Shown here: piece after piece, positions 1-10,521 of the stretch
How positions within the stretch are numbered: position 1 is the stretch's first letter
Layout of the letters: every line of letters begins with the position of its first letter
Assembly (NCBI GenBank): GCA_036274355.1
Contig: DASUFX010000042.1
Span: 1 to 39,519 of the forward strand
DNA from: Kofleriaceae bacterium
GTDB taxonomy: Bacteria > Myxococcota_A > Polyangia > Haliangiales > Haliangiaceae
DNA: 39,519 nt
Reading direction: 5' to 3'
Notes under the pieces: model-generated
The model's database searches: none
The model's input: only the letters and a program-made list of their open reading frames with translations
Told to the model about the DNA's origin: nothing
Position numbers and translations under genes: made by a program

Positions 1-3000
1 GAGACCGTCGAGCGTGCGCAGCGCGAGCTCGCGCTTGCCTTCACGGCCGAGGATGTCGGCGATGTAGCCGAGCGCCTGCGGATCGAGCTTGTCGCGCTCG
101 AGCCACTTGTTCGCGATGTCGCGCGCCTCTTCGAGCTTGCCGCCATACGACAGCGCCTGGACGAGCGCGCGGTGCTTCTCGCGGCTATCCGGGTTCTTGA
201 CGAGCGCGTCCTGCGCGTCGGCAATTGCCTTCGTGATGCTCGCGCTCGTACCGTCGAACGTGCCGAGCGCAGCGTTGCGCGTCCACACCTTCTTCATCTG
301 GATCACGATGCGGCGACCACCACCGACGGGCGGGCGCGGCATCGCGCGGGGCATGTCCTTTGCCGGCGCCTTCTTCTCGGCTTTATCGGCGGGCTTCTCG
401 GCTTGGATCACACCGCCCTTGCCGCCCCAACGGGTGCCACCGCCACCGCCGGCGTCGAGGCTCATCGTCATCTCTTCTTCATCACGCGCCGCGCGCGGTG
501 CCATCGAGGCCTTCGCCATCGTCGGCGCGGGAGCCGGCGCATTGTCGGCCGGCACCGGAATCGTGCCCGTCGCCGCGACCTCGTCGATATCTTCCTCGCC
601 GGTCCACTTCGCGGCCGACTGGCTGCGATCGACGCCGAACGCATCGAACATCGCCTGCGACTCGAGCACGAGCAGCGACGTCTCGCGCGACATCACGCCG
701 TAGCCTTGCGACAGCGCGACGATGCGCGAGCGGTCCTCGCCTTTGCCCTGGCGCTCGAGCTGATCGATCGCGAGCGACGCCCACAGCCGCGGCACGAAGC
801 CGTTGCCGTTCGCCGTCGACACCGCGAGCTTCAGCGGATAGCGCTGCTCGAACTTCTGGCCGGCGACCTTGCCGCGCAGCACGACCTCGCCGGAGACATC
901 GCCGTTGATGCGCGCTGCGATCAATACTTCACCACCGGCGCGGAGCGTCGGCAGGCTCGTCATCGTCGTCTTCTCCGCGGTCGTACCACCGGCCGCGGCC
1001 ACTTCGGTCATGCCTTCCGGCAGCTCGACGGTCGCATCGCGTAGCGACGTACCATACGTCGATTCGAGTGCGGCCATCGCCGCGGTGCCGACCGACTGGC
1101 CGGGTACCCACGCGAGGTAGCTACCGCCACCGCCGCGCGCCGCAGCCGCGAGCAGTGCCGAGTCGGCATCGCTGCCGACACCGATCGTCGTCACGTGGAC
1201 GTCGCCGGTGCCGGTCGTCGACGCGATCGCCTTCTCGACATCCGCGACGCGGCGGAAGCCGGTCGATGCGAAACCGTCGCCGATGTAGAGCACCCAGCGC
1301 TCGCGCGACAGGTCTTTTAGACCGGCGTGGCCTGCACGGAGCGCGGCGACGACATCGCTCGCACCTGCAGGCGTTTGCGTCCCCAGCCAGCCTTTGAGCT
1401 CACCGGCGGCCGACGTCGTCGGTGCGCGCAGGTCACCCATCGCGCGGCATTCGCTGTCGCACACCATCGCGGTGAACCGATCGCGGCGATCGAGATCATC
1501 GACCATCGAAACCGCGAGCTCGCTGGCGCGCGTGAACCGCTCGCCGACCATCGACTGCGAACCGTCGATGATGATCATGTAGTCGCGCGCCTTCGATTCG
1601 CGCCAGCGCGGCAGCTTCGGCGATAGCGCGAGCACCGCCGTCGGGCGGGCATCGGCAGCAACCACCTTCTGCGCGTCGATGACCTTCTGGTCGATGCCGA
1701 CGTTCTTCTTCGCCGCGAGCTTGTCATCCGGGCCAGCAGCTGCACCGCCGGTGAACGTCCACGCGCGCACCTCGGCGTCACCGTCGGGGCGGTAATCGAC
1801 GACGAGGTCGCCGCGCGGCACGAAGCCGCCTTGCTCGAGCGTCATCGCGTTGACATCAGCGCGCGCCGAGTCCGGCTTCAGCTCGTACCCCGCCGCGCGG
1901 ACCGAGCCCTGCTGCGCCCCACGCACTTCGACGTCGACCTTCATCTTGTCGGCGACCGTCGAGCCGTCCGTCGAATGCGGCAGCGGATAGACATACTGGC
2001 GCTGCGGTCCGCGCGGCGTCACCACTTGCGTGTACGCGAGCTTGATCGTGCGCACGCCCTTCGCCGGAATCGGGAAGATCTTCAGCTCGAAGCGACCACC
2101 GCGCTTCCAGTCGAGCAGCGCCGGATCTTTCCACGGGCCGGGCACCCACACGATTTCTTGCTGGATCAGCGGGTCGCGCTCGATGCGCTTCGGCGTCGCC
2201 TTGTCGATCACGCCGCGCCAGATCTTCGCCGCGCGCTCCTTGTCGACGAACGCGCCGTTGATGAAGCCATCGGGCTCGTTCTTCATGTCGAGCGCGAGGC
2301 TGTCGATCTGCGCGTCGGCGGGCAGCGGGAACTGATACACGCCTTCGAGCTGCGTGTCGCTGTCGTTGCGGAACGTCTCGGTGATCTCGGTCCGCGCGAC
2401 CGGTCCGGAGATGCGGACCTTCACTTCGTGGTTCGCGAGCGCGAGATTCCAGTCCTTGTCGCGCTTCTCGCCAGGCTTGTACGCGCGCAGCGCGCCGAGG
2501 CCCGACGTCGTCTCCTGATCGGTCTGCTTCGTCTTCGGCTGCTCGATCTCGGACCACTGCGCGTCCTTGACGAGCTCTGGTGCGGCGCTGACCGAGAGCT
2601 TGCCGTTCTCGATGATGCCTTCCTCACCGGCGCGGACCTCGTCTTTCGCGCCGTTCGCAGCGGTGAGCACGATGCCACCGCGCACGACCTGGACGGCGGT
2701 GAGGTTGTCGGCAGCGGTGACGCTAAAGCGCGTGCCGACGACATCGACGCGGCCGCTCGGCGTCGTGATCGACGCCTGGCGATTGTCGACGTGCGCGACA
2801 TCCGCGGCGATGCGGCCTGCGACCAGCTTCACGCGACGCGGCTCCTTCGCATCGAACACGACGCTCGTGCGGTGGTCGAGCACCATGCGCGAGCCATCCG
2901 CCAGCTCGAGCGACACGCGGGTGCGCTCGTCGGTGCGCAGCTCGGCGCCCGTCGGCAACATCTCGCCGGCGCGTAGTGGCCGCCAGCTGCGCGTTGCGGA

Positions 3001-3498
3001 GTCCTTGATCGCGATGCCGTCGCCTTGTTCGCTTGCGGCACGCGAGATCGTCTTCACCTTGCCGATCGGTCCATTGCCGGCAACGGTCGTGTGCGACGCG
3101 TCATCGCCGCCCTTCTTCATCATCGCGACACCGACGACACCGGCAGCAAGTGCGGCCGCCGCACCAGCGACAATCCACAGCTTGCGTTTCGCGATCGGTG
3201 TAGGTGCGGCGATCGGCTTCTCGACCGGTTTCTCGATCGTGTTCTCGTTCGTCTTTTCGAGCTTCTTCTCGACAGGTTTCTCGTCGAGCTTGGTCATCAA
3301 CCGATCGACGAGATCGTTTGACGGAACATAGTCACTGCCGGCGCCTGCAAGGCGAGTCGCAAGGACGGCGGCCTCATGCTTGGCATCGCGGCATTGATCG
3401 CAGCTCGCGAGGTGCGAGGCGTGTTTGGAAATGGCAGATGCCTCGCCGGCGACAAGCGCAGCGAGATCATCCATGACGTCATCGTGGGCGGTACGCAT
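1..3498 (-). CDS. Anti-sigma factor (zinc-finger type) fused to FecR-like, VIT and von Willebrand A domains; the C-terminus lies beyond the window edge
   Basis: Absent from the ORF track because the frame runs off the window. My reverse-complement translation from ATG 3498..3496 stays open to nt 1, and no other minus-strand track ORF uses this frame. The N-terminus MRTAHDDVMDDL...HLASCDQC carries the HxxxCxxC anti-sigma motif. There is one TM helix (LWIVAGAAAALAAGVVGVAMM, about nt 3121-3180). A FecR-like stretch follows (VDVVGTRFSV), then a VIT-like stretch (VKVRISGPVARTEITETFRNDSDTQLEGVYQFPLP). The vWA MIDAS DxSxS motif is DYMIIIDGSQSM (D codon 1582-1584). The start codon overlaps the sigma-factor stop (TAATG). 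Confidence 0.8.
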   Translation of the reverse strand, partial: MRTAHDDVMDDLAALVAGEASAISKHASHLASCDQCRDAKHEAAVLATRLAGAGSDYVPSNDLVDRLMTKLDEKPVEKKLEKTNENTIEKPVEKPIAAPTPIAKRKLWIVAGAAAALAAGVVGVAMMKKGGDDASHTTVAGNGPIGKVKTISRAASEQGDGIAIKDSATRSWRPLRAGEMLPTGAELRTDERTRVSLELADGSRMVLDHRTSVVFDAKEPRRVKLVAGRIAADVAHVDNRQASITTPSGRVDVVGTRFSVTAADNLTAVQVVRGGIVLTAANGAKDEVRAGEEGIIENGKLSVSAAPELVKDAQWSEIEQPKTKQTDQETTSGLGALRAYKPGEKRDKDWNLALANHEVKVRISGPVARTEITETFRNDSDTQLEGVYQFPLPADAQIDSLALDMKNEPDGFINGAFVDKERAAKIWRGVIDKATPKRIERDPLIQQEIVWVPGPWKDPALLDWKRGGRFELKIFPIPAKGVRTIKLAYTQVVTPRGPQRQYVYPLPHSTDGSTVADKMKVDVEVRGAQQGSVRAAGYELKPDSARADVNAMTLEQGGFVPRGDLVVDYRPDGDAEVRAWTFTGGAAAGPDDKLAAKKNVGIDQKVIDAQKVVAADARPTAVLALSPKLPRWRESKARDYMIIIDGSQSMVGERFTRASELAVSMVDDLDRRDRFTAMVCDSECRAMGDLRAPTTSAAGELKGWLGTQTPAGASDVVAALRAGHAGLKDLSRERWVLYIGDGFASTGFRRVADVEKAIASTTGTGDVHVTTIGVGSDADSALLAAAARGGGGSYLAWVPGQSVGTAAMAALESTYGTSLRDATVELPEGMTEVAAAGGTTAEKTTMTSLPTLRAGGEVLIAARINGDVSGEVVLRGKVAGQKFEQRYPLKLAVSTANGNGFVPRLWASLAIDQLERQGKGEDRSRIVALSQGYGVMSRETSLLVLESQAMFDAFGVDRSQSAAKWTGEEDIDEVAATGTIPVPADNAPAPAPTMAKASMAPRAARDEEEMTMSLDAGGGGGTRWGGKGGVIQAEKPADKAEKKAPAKDMPRAMPRPPVGGGRRIVIQMKKVWTRNAALGTFDGTSASITKAIADAQDALVKNPDSREKHRALVQALSYGGKLEEARDIANKWLERDKLDPQALGYIADILGREGKRELALRTLDGL

Positions 3499-4052
3499 TA
3501 TTCGATCTCCTCGGTGGGCATGACCGAGCGAAGCCGGTCGAGCGCGCGGCTGATCCGCTTGCGCGCTGCGGCTTCGTCGAGCCCGCAGGCCTCCGCGATC
3601 TCGCGGTGGCTCAGGTCAGCGACATAGCGAAGGGCAAGCGACTCGCGCTCGCTCGGCTTGAGCTTCTCGAGCGCGTCGCGCAATACACGTGCGCGTTGGC
3701 GCAGCGCGAATGAATCACGCGCTTCGCCTTCCGTAGGCACGAGCTCGAGGAGCTCCTTGCCACGGCGTCGAGTCTCCAGCATGTGCGCACACACGTGCCG
3801 CGCGATCCCGCACAACCACGCCTTCACCGATCCTTCAGCGCGATACGACGCCATCGCGCGATGTGCGCGCAACAGCGTTTCTTGAACGCCTTCGTCGGCG
3901 TCCGCCTGAGAACCGAGCAGGGCCATACACAACCGGCCGAGCACGACGTGGTGTGTGCGAGCGCACGCAGCGAGTGCGTCGCGATGGCGACCGTCGTGGA
4001 TCATCTCCACGATCGGGTCGTGAGCGACGGCGTTCGTTGCTAACGCTTGCAT
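3498..4052 (-). CDS. ECF-type RNA polymerase sigma factor
   Basis: Region 2 (ETLLRAHRAMASYRAEGSVKAWLCGIARHV) and region 4 (LKPSERESLALRYVADLSHREIAEACGLDEAAARKRISRALDRLR) are recognisable. The track ORF starts at 4148, but the first 32 codons have poor third-position GC. I therefore prefer ATG 4052 (MQALATN), which is preceded by a G-rich RBS. The stop overlaps the anti-sigma start. Confidence 0.85.
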   Translation of the reverse strand: MQALATNAVAHDPIVEMIHDGRHRDALAACARTHHVVLGRLCMALLGSQADADEGVQETLLRAHRAMASYRAEGSVKAWLCGIARHVCAHMLETRRRGKELLELVPTEGEARDSFALRQRARVLRDALEKLKPSERESLALRYVADLSHREIAEACGLDEAAARKRISRALDRLRSVMPTEEIE

Positions 4053-4202
4053 GTCGCCCCCCACGTGCGCTGCCACCGAGCTTTCGTGACCGCCTTTTCG
4101 CGAAAACTCGGAAGTGCCTGAAGTTGCAGCGCCGTCGGTGAGCCCCATGGGCGATCCAACGCGCGAGGCGCGGCCGGTGTCTACGCCGCTTCGTCTAGTC
4201 CC

Positions 4203-4469
4203 CTACTTTGCGACGCACGTGTGGGTGTCGCCCTCCGCTGGCTGCTTCAAGCAACCATCGATTTGCCCGTCGGGGCACTCGAGTGCGACTTCCTGCGTGC
4301 AGGGCTGACTATCACCCGTTGTGGTCTTTGTCGCATCGCTACCACTATCGCTGCCGCTGCCGCTGCCGCTGCCGGTGTTGGTCGTCGTGGTGTCCTGCTT
4401 CTTGCTGCTGCCGTGGCCACAGCCGATCGCGAACGCACCAATGATCATGAACGAAATGAGCTTGGTCAT
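4203..4469 (-). CDS. Small secreted lipoprotein with a Gly/Ser/Thr linker and a 4-Cys C-terminal module
   Basis: 88 aa. Signal peptide with lipobox (FAIGC). Strong RBS GGAGGAG about 5 nt upstream of the ATG. A (GS)n linker is followed by CTQEVALECPDGQIDGC...THTC. Confidence 0.7.
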   Translation of the reverse strand: MTKLISFMIIGAFAIGCGHGSSKKQDTTTTNTGSGSGSGSDSGSDATKTTTGDSQPCTQEVALECPDGQIDGCLKQPAEGDTHTCVAK

Positions 4470-4516
4470 CTGTCTCCTCCAGGGCGATCAACGAGGAGCA
4501 CCGACGCGGCTTACAG

Positions 4517-6376
<1,860 letters not shown>

Positions 6377-6401
6377 GCCGCATCAGGTTACCACGGTTAA
6401 G

Positions 6402-7469
6402 ATGTCCTACATGGATCGGATCAAGCGGCTTCTCGACGAGGCGCTCGCCAATGGCCTGGGCTCCGCGGCGGCCGTCTCCGTCGGTGATGGAGGCCACGAA
6501 GTTTTCCGGTACGTCGCGGGAGTCGTACGGCGCGTGCCCGATCGTGGTCAGCGCGTCGAGGAATCGACGCGGTTCGACCTTGCGTCGGTCACGAAGCCAA
6601 TGGCCACCGTCGCGATCGCGATGGTGCTCGTCGCCGAACGCCGTCTCGATCTCGACGCACCTGTGCGCACGTACCTGCCGGGCGCGGCGACCACCGCGAC
6701 CGTGCGTCAGCTGCTCGGCCACAGCGCCGGCTGCGCCGCGCACGTGGAGTTCTTCCGGTACCTGCGCGCAACGCGCCCGCAGAATCCGCGCGAGGTGCTC
6801 GTCGAGCGCGCGATGCGCGAGCCTTGCGGCCCACCGGGAATCGACGCCGTCTACAGCGATCTCGGGTTCATTCAGCTTGGCGCGGTACTCGAGCGCGCGG
6901 CCGAGCAGCCGCTCGAGCAGGCGTTCACCGAGCTCGTTGGCGAACCACTCGCGCTCGCCGCACGTTACGCACCCGAGGCGCTCGTCAACTGCGTCGCGAC
7001 CGAGCTCGATGATCGCGGTCTCGTGTCAGGGCTCGTGCACGACGAGAACTGCTACTTCGGCGGTCGCATTGCAGGTCATGCGGGTCTGTTCGCGACCATC
7101 GTCGATGTCGCTGCATTCGCGCGCGCGATCACCGATACCGCAGCTGGTACACCGCGCGGCCGGTTCACGACCGATGTCGTCACCCGCTTTTTCACCGACA
7201 CACCGACGCCAGGATCGACTTGGCGACTCGGTTGGGACACGCCGTCGTCCACGCCGGGCGTGTCGCAGGCGGGCGATCGCTGGCCGCGCACGGGCGCGGT
7301 CGGTCACACCGGTTTCACCGGCACGTCGCTATGGCTCGATCTCGCGAAGCGTCGCTGGGTCGCGCTACTCACGAATCGCGTACATCCGACGCGCCACGGA
7401 GATACCGCCGATCGCATCAAGGCCTTGCGCCGCGCGATCAACGACACCGTCGTCGAGACGCTCGGCTGA
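6402..7469 (+). CDS. Beta-lactamase-fold serine hydrolase (class C / esterase-like)
   Basis: SxxK nucleophile (ASVTKPMA), YSD, and a GHTGFTGTS (KTG-like) motif. The track ORF begins at 6270 inside the kinase gene. I start at ATG 6402 (MSYMDRIKRLL). Confidence 0.85.
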   Translation: MSYMDRIKRLLDEALANGLGSAAAVSVGDGGHEVFRYVAGVVRRVPDRGQRVEESTRFDLASVTKPMATVAIAMVLVAERRLDLDAPVRTYLPGAATTATVRQLLGHSAGCAAHVEFFRYLRATRPQNPREVLVERAMREPCGPPGIDAVYSDLGFIQLGAVLERAAEQPLEQAFTELVGEPLALAARYAPEALVNCVATELDDRGLVSGLVHDENCYFGGRIAGHAGLFATIVDVAAFARAITDTAAGTPRGRFTTDVVTRFFTDTPTPGSTWRLGWDTPSSTPGVSQAGDRWPRTGAVGHTGFTGTSLWLDLAKRRWVALLTNRVHPTRHGDTADRIKALRRAINDTVVETLG

Positions 7470-7488
7470 TCCGCAGCATCCAAGCTGC

Positions 7489-7845
7489 ATGCGGAGACGC
7501 AAGGCCCTCGCGCTGGTCGGGCTACTCGGCGGCGTGTTGATCGCCGCGCTCGTTGGTTGCGCCTTCGTGATCTGGCGCGCGCCTGACATGGCAGCGCTGA
7601 TCGCGTTCGGAGCGACGTGTGCGGCCGCGACGACGTGCATGTCACTGCGTCACTTCGGCTGGTTGTTCCTGATCGTCGCGGTCGTGTACGGGGTGCTCGC
7701 GATCGGGCTCTACGCGCTGCACCTGCTCGGCCTGCCGTTCGCCGCCATCGTCACCGGCGTCGCAGTGCTGGTCGTGATCATCCTCGCGACGATGATGTGG
7801 GCGCTGATCCCGGCTGGCACCGAGGACGATCCGTACGACGACTAG
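7489..7845 (+). CDS. Small integral membrane protein (3-4 predicted TM helices)
   Basis: This is the tail of track ORF 6451..7845, starting at ATG 7489 (MRRRKALALVGLLGGVLIAALVGC...). Third-position GC is high, the segments are hydrophobic, and the tail is acidic (EDDPYDD). Confidence 0.6.
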   Translation: MRRRKALALVGLLGGVLIAALVGCAFVIWRAPDMAALIAFGATCAAATTCMSLRHFGWLFLIVAVVYGVLAIGLYALHLLGLPFAAIVTGVAVLVVIILATMMWALIPAGTEDDPYDD

Positions 7846-8792
7846 TGACGCCGGCCGTTCGTGCGGAAGCCGTTGCGCTTGGACTTCGACTTGCCGGCTG
7901 CGCGCACGTCGGCGCCGGTTGCGCCGAACATCGGATCGACGCCGCGGTCGGCACAGACCCACAACGAGACGAGGATCGCTAGATCGGCGAGCGCGCGCCG
8001 GCTCATCGACGCCGGAATCACGAGACCGTACGTCTCCGATACGAAGCGCAGATCGCGAAGCAAGCGGCCGACCTCGTCACGATTGACGTCACCGTGCCAG
8101 TACACGACGCGCGTCATCAGCAGCTCGGCGTGCCGGCGCAAGAACTCGCCCATCGACAGCGGCTGCACGATGCGCACCGACGGCGGCTTGCAGATCTCGA
8201 GGAGATCTTCGAGGTACTCGTTCCAGTGCAGCGCGAGCCGGCGGTTCTCGGGGCGACGTAAGAACTTCACGCGCTCGACGGAGAAGTCGGCCTTCACCGT
8301 CGTGCGGAAGCGCGGCGTGACCGCCATCAGATCGTAAAGCACCGGTGGGTCGGTCTTCGAGTAATCGACGTCGTGGTACTTCCACCACGTGCGCAGCTGC
8401 GGCCACGTGCGCAGCGACAGCAGCGGATCATCGTTCGAGTCGACGATCACGAACCGGCGATCTTCGGCGCGCAGCACCGTGATCCAGTGCGTCCACTCGT
8501 CCACGCACAGGAGCACTGGCGTTTGCTCGCGGAGGTAGTGCACGAGCAGCTTGCGCGCTTGCTCGGGATCGCGGCGACGTTCGAGGACGAGGTCGCATTC
8601 GAACTCGCGCGCAGCGCGGGCAAGCTGGATCTCATCCGTGCCCGACCACCAGTGCGTCTTCGCGGTCGATGCAAGCTGCTTGACGTCGACCATGCGACCG
8701 AGCGCGAGCAGGGCATGCTTGAGCGCGAACGGACCACACGTCCATTCGTTCGGTTGCGGGTAGAAACCCGGACCAGCGATACCCTCTGCCAC
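7842..8792 (-). CDS. Stand-alone papain-fold (C39-like) cysteine peptidase domain fused to an unknown helical C-terminal domain
   Basis: 316 aa with no signal peptide. A Gln lies 6 residues before the Cys (QPNEWTCGPFAL). The His is in EWTHWITVL and an Asp lies 16 residues later (VIVDSNDDP). This reproduces the Q/C/H/D spacing of C39 peptidases. GTG start with a weak RBS. Basic C-terminal tail. Confidence 0.7.
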   Translation of the reverse strand: MAEGIAGPGFYPQPNEWTCGPFALKHALLALGRMVDVKQLASTAKTHWWSGTDEIQLARAAREFECDLVLERRRDPEQARKLLVHYLREQTPVLLCVDEWTHWITVLRAEDRRFVIVDSNDDPLLSLRTWPQLRTWWKYHDVDYSKTDPPVLYDLMAVTPRFRTTVKADFSVERVKFLRRPENRRLALHWNEYLEDLLEICKPPSVRIVQPLSMGEFLRRHAELLMTRVVYWHGDVNRDEVGRLLRDLRFVSETYGLVIPASMSRRALADLAILVSLWVCADRGVDPMFGATGADVRAAGKSKSKRNGFRTNGRRH

Positions 8793-8856
8793 GGTGCGAC
8801 TCTAGCTCAAACGCCGGGCCGCGCTGCCCTGCCGAGAGGCCGAGAAATGCTAATTA

Positions 8857-9270
8857 TCAGGATGGGTTAGAGTCCGCGAGATCCGGATTAACCGCATGGT
8901 TGGTCGGCCACTGCCAGCGCCGGCCCACCTGGACAGAGTCCGCCGGATGCTGCTCGACCATGCGCCTCCAGCGGTCGAATGCGAGCGCGTGCTCGCCGCA
9001 ACGAGCGGCGCGCTGGATCGCTTCGATCACGAAGCTGCGCTGGCGCTCGAAGTGCTCGGGCGTCCACGCGATATCGCTGACATCGAGCAGCTGAGTACCG
9101 GCGTCGGCGCGGCTATCGAGCCACAGCACGAGCTCTACTTCCCACCGCGCTTCGGCAAACGGCCGCGCGGCGGCGGCGGTCTCGCGCAACATCGTGAGCG
9201 CGACATCGTCGGAGACGAATAGCTCCGCGCTCGGCCCGAGCCGGTGGTTCGAGAATACGACCATGCACAT
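8857..9270 (-). CDS. Hypothetical protein (137 aa)
   Basis: Coding-like third-position GC. The ATG lies 2 nt after the stop of the upstream SUKH gene. I recognise no motif. Confidence 0.55.
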   Translation of the reverse strand: MCMVVFSNHRLGPSAELFVSDDVALTMLRETAAAARPFAEARWEVELVLWLDSRADAGTQLLDVSDIAWTPEHFERQRSFVIEAIQRAARCGEHALAFDRWRRMVEQHPADSVQVGRRWQWPTNHAVNPDLADSNPS

Positions 9271-9272
9271 TC

Positions 9273-10043
9273 TTACGTGGTCGGTGTGACAGCCGATTCG
9301 CGCATCGGTAACGGGAGCACGCCCGCTCTCACTACGTCATTACGAAGCCCCTGGTCCTCGAGGCCCTGAAGCGCTCGCGCGCAGGTCGCACAGGGGGCGA
9401 CGCGGTCGCCGGGGGCGAACAGCGCCAACGGACCGTCCGCGGTGACCTCGATCGCACCTGGACCGAGGTCGGCGAGCGCAGCGCGTAGTGCGTCGCCATC
9501 GAGGGAACCTGGTGGAATACCCAGGCGTTGCTCGCACACGCCGAGATAGCCGGTGAGCGCAGCGGTGATCGCGCACTGGCCCGGTGGCACGAAGCCGTCG
9601 AGCCACTGGTTGTGGGCGATTCGATCGATCCAGTCGAGATAGAACGCGGTGAAGCTCGGCCGGATCGGCTGCAGGATGCCGAGCTGCCGCGCGTCGAGCC
9701 AGACTTGTCCGGAGGCCGGACCATCGAGAGTTAGTAGTGCTGCGTAGCCGCAGCCGAGGTGACTGATCGGCAGTGCACGCTGCCACGCGGTGACGCCGGT
9801 CGGCGCATCGATCGGTGCGACGCGATCGACGTAGATGAGGCCGTAATAGGGACCGACTCCGCCGGCCGAAAGCCGGGTTACGTATTCGAGGTAGTCGGCA
9901 GGCAATTCGACATCGAGCATGCCCTCGGCGATTGGTGGCGCGAGGTGATAGTGATGCTGCGCGGCGCCGAAGCGCCTGAAGCGCGGATCAGATGCAGCGA
10001 GCCCACCAAGAATCTCGCGCAACCTGGTGATCAGCTCACTCAC
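9273..10043 (-). CDS. SMI1/KNR4 (SUKH-1) family protein with a roughly 85-aa C-terminal extension
   Basis: LPADYLEYVTRLSAGGVGPYYGL matches the LPxDYxxF...NGG signature. The downstream stretch HLGCGYAALLTLDGPASGQVWLD...SFTAFYLDWI is also typical of the family. GTG start 3 nt after the yjbQ stop. Confidence 0.75.
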   Translation of the reverse strand: MSELITRLREILGGLAASDPRFRRFGAAQHHYHLAPPIAEGMLDVELPADYLEYVTRLSAGGVGPYYGLIYVDRVAPIDAPTGVTAWQRALPISHLGCGYAALLTLDGPASGQVWLDARQLGILQPIRPSFTAFYLDWIDRIAHNQWLDGFVPPGQCAITAALTGYLGVCEQRLGIPPGSLDGDALRAALADLGPGAIEVTADGPLALFAPGDRVAPCATCARALQGLEDQGLRNDVVRAGVLPLPMRESAVTPTT

Positions 10044-10046
10044 CGA

Positions 10047-10463
10047 TCATTCACCGATCACGGTTACCGAGACATGACGCCGATGCGGCGACGTGCGGTG
10101 CTCCCAGAGATAGAGGCCTTGCCACGTGCCGAGCGCGAGCTTGCCGTTCGCGATCGGTAGGCCGATCGACGTCTGGGTCAGCACGGACCGGACGTGCGCG
10201 GGCATGTCGTCATCGCCTTCGGCATCGTGGGTGAACATGCGATCACCATCGGGCACGAGCTTCGCGGCGAACGTCTCGAGGTCACGGCGAACGCTCGGAT
10301 CCGCGTTCTCGCAGATGATCAGCGACGCGCTCGTGTGGTGGATGAACACGGTTGCCAGGCCATTTTGCGCGCTACTTGCAGCAACAACCTTCGCGACTTC
10401 CCCAGTGATGTCATAGGTCCCGCGGCCTTTTGTCGCGACCGTCAGCTCGCCTCGGTGGAACAT
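10047..10463 (-). CDS. yjbQ: YjbQ/UPF0047 family protein (secondary thiamine-phosphate synthase-like)
   Basis: Family hallmarks are TVFIHHTSASLIICENADPSVRRDL, HVRSVL and LGTWQGLYLWEHR. I prefer ATG 10463 (MFHRGELTV) over the track start at 10493. Confidence 0.85.
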   Translation of the reverse strand: MFHRGELTVATKGRGTYDITGEVAKVVAASSAQNGLATVFIHHTSASLIICENADPSVRRDLETFAAKLVPDGDRMFTHDAEGDDDMPAHVRSVLTQTSIGLPIANGKLALGTWQGLYLWEHRTSPHRRHVSVTVIGE

Positions 10464-10521
10464 GGCGACGGCAGTAGAGCACAGACGTGACAAGGTGGGC
10501 GGCGAGCGCGATACTGCGGCC

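Noticed and set aside
4053-4148. A 32-codon N-terminal extension of the ECF sigma factor (track start at 4148).
   Set aside because: Third-position GC is low, the stretch matches no sigma region, and a better start context exists at ATG 4052.
10461-10464. A CATG tetranucleotide that would serve as the start codon for yjbQ (minus strand) and SulP (plus strand) at once.
   Set aside because: The first roughly 30 SulP codons after ATG 10462 have weak third-position GC. GTG 10522 or ATG 10633 are more plausible SulP starts, so the back-to-back start overlap is probably an ORF-calling artefact.
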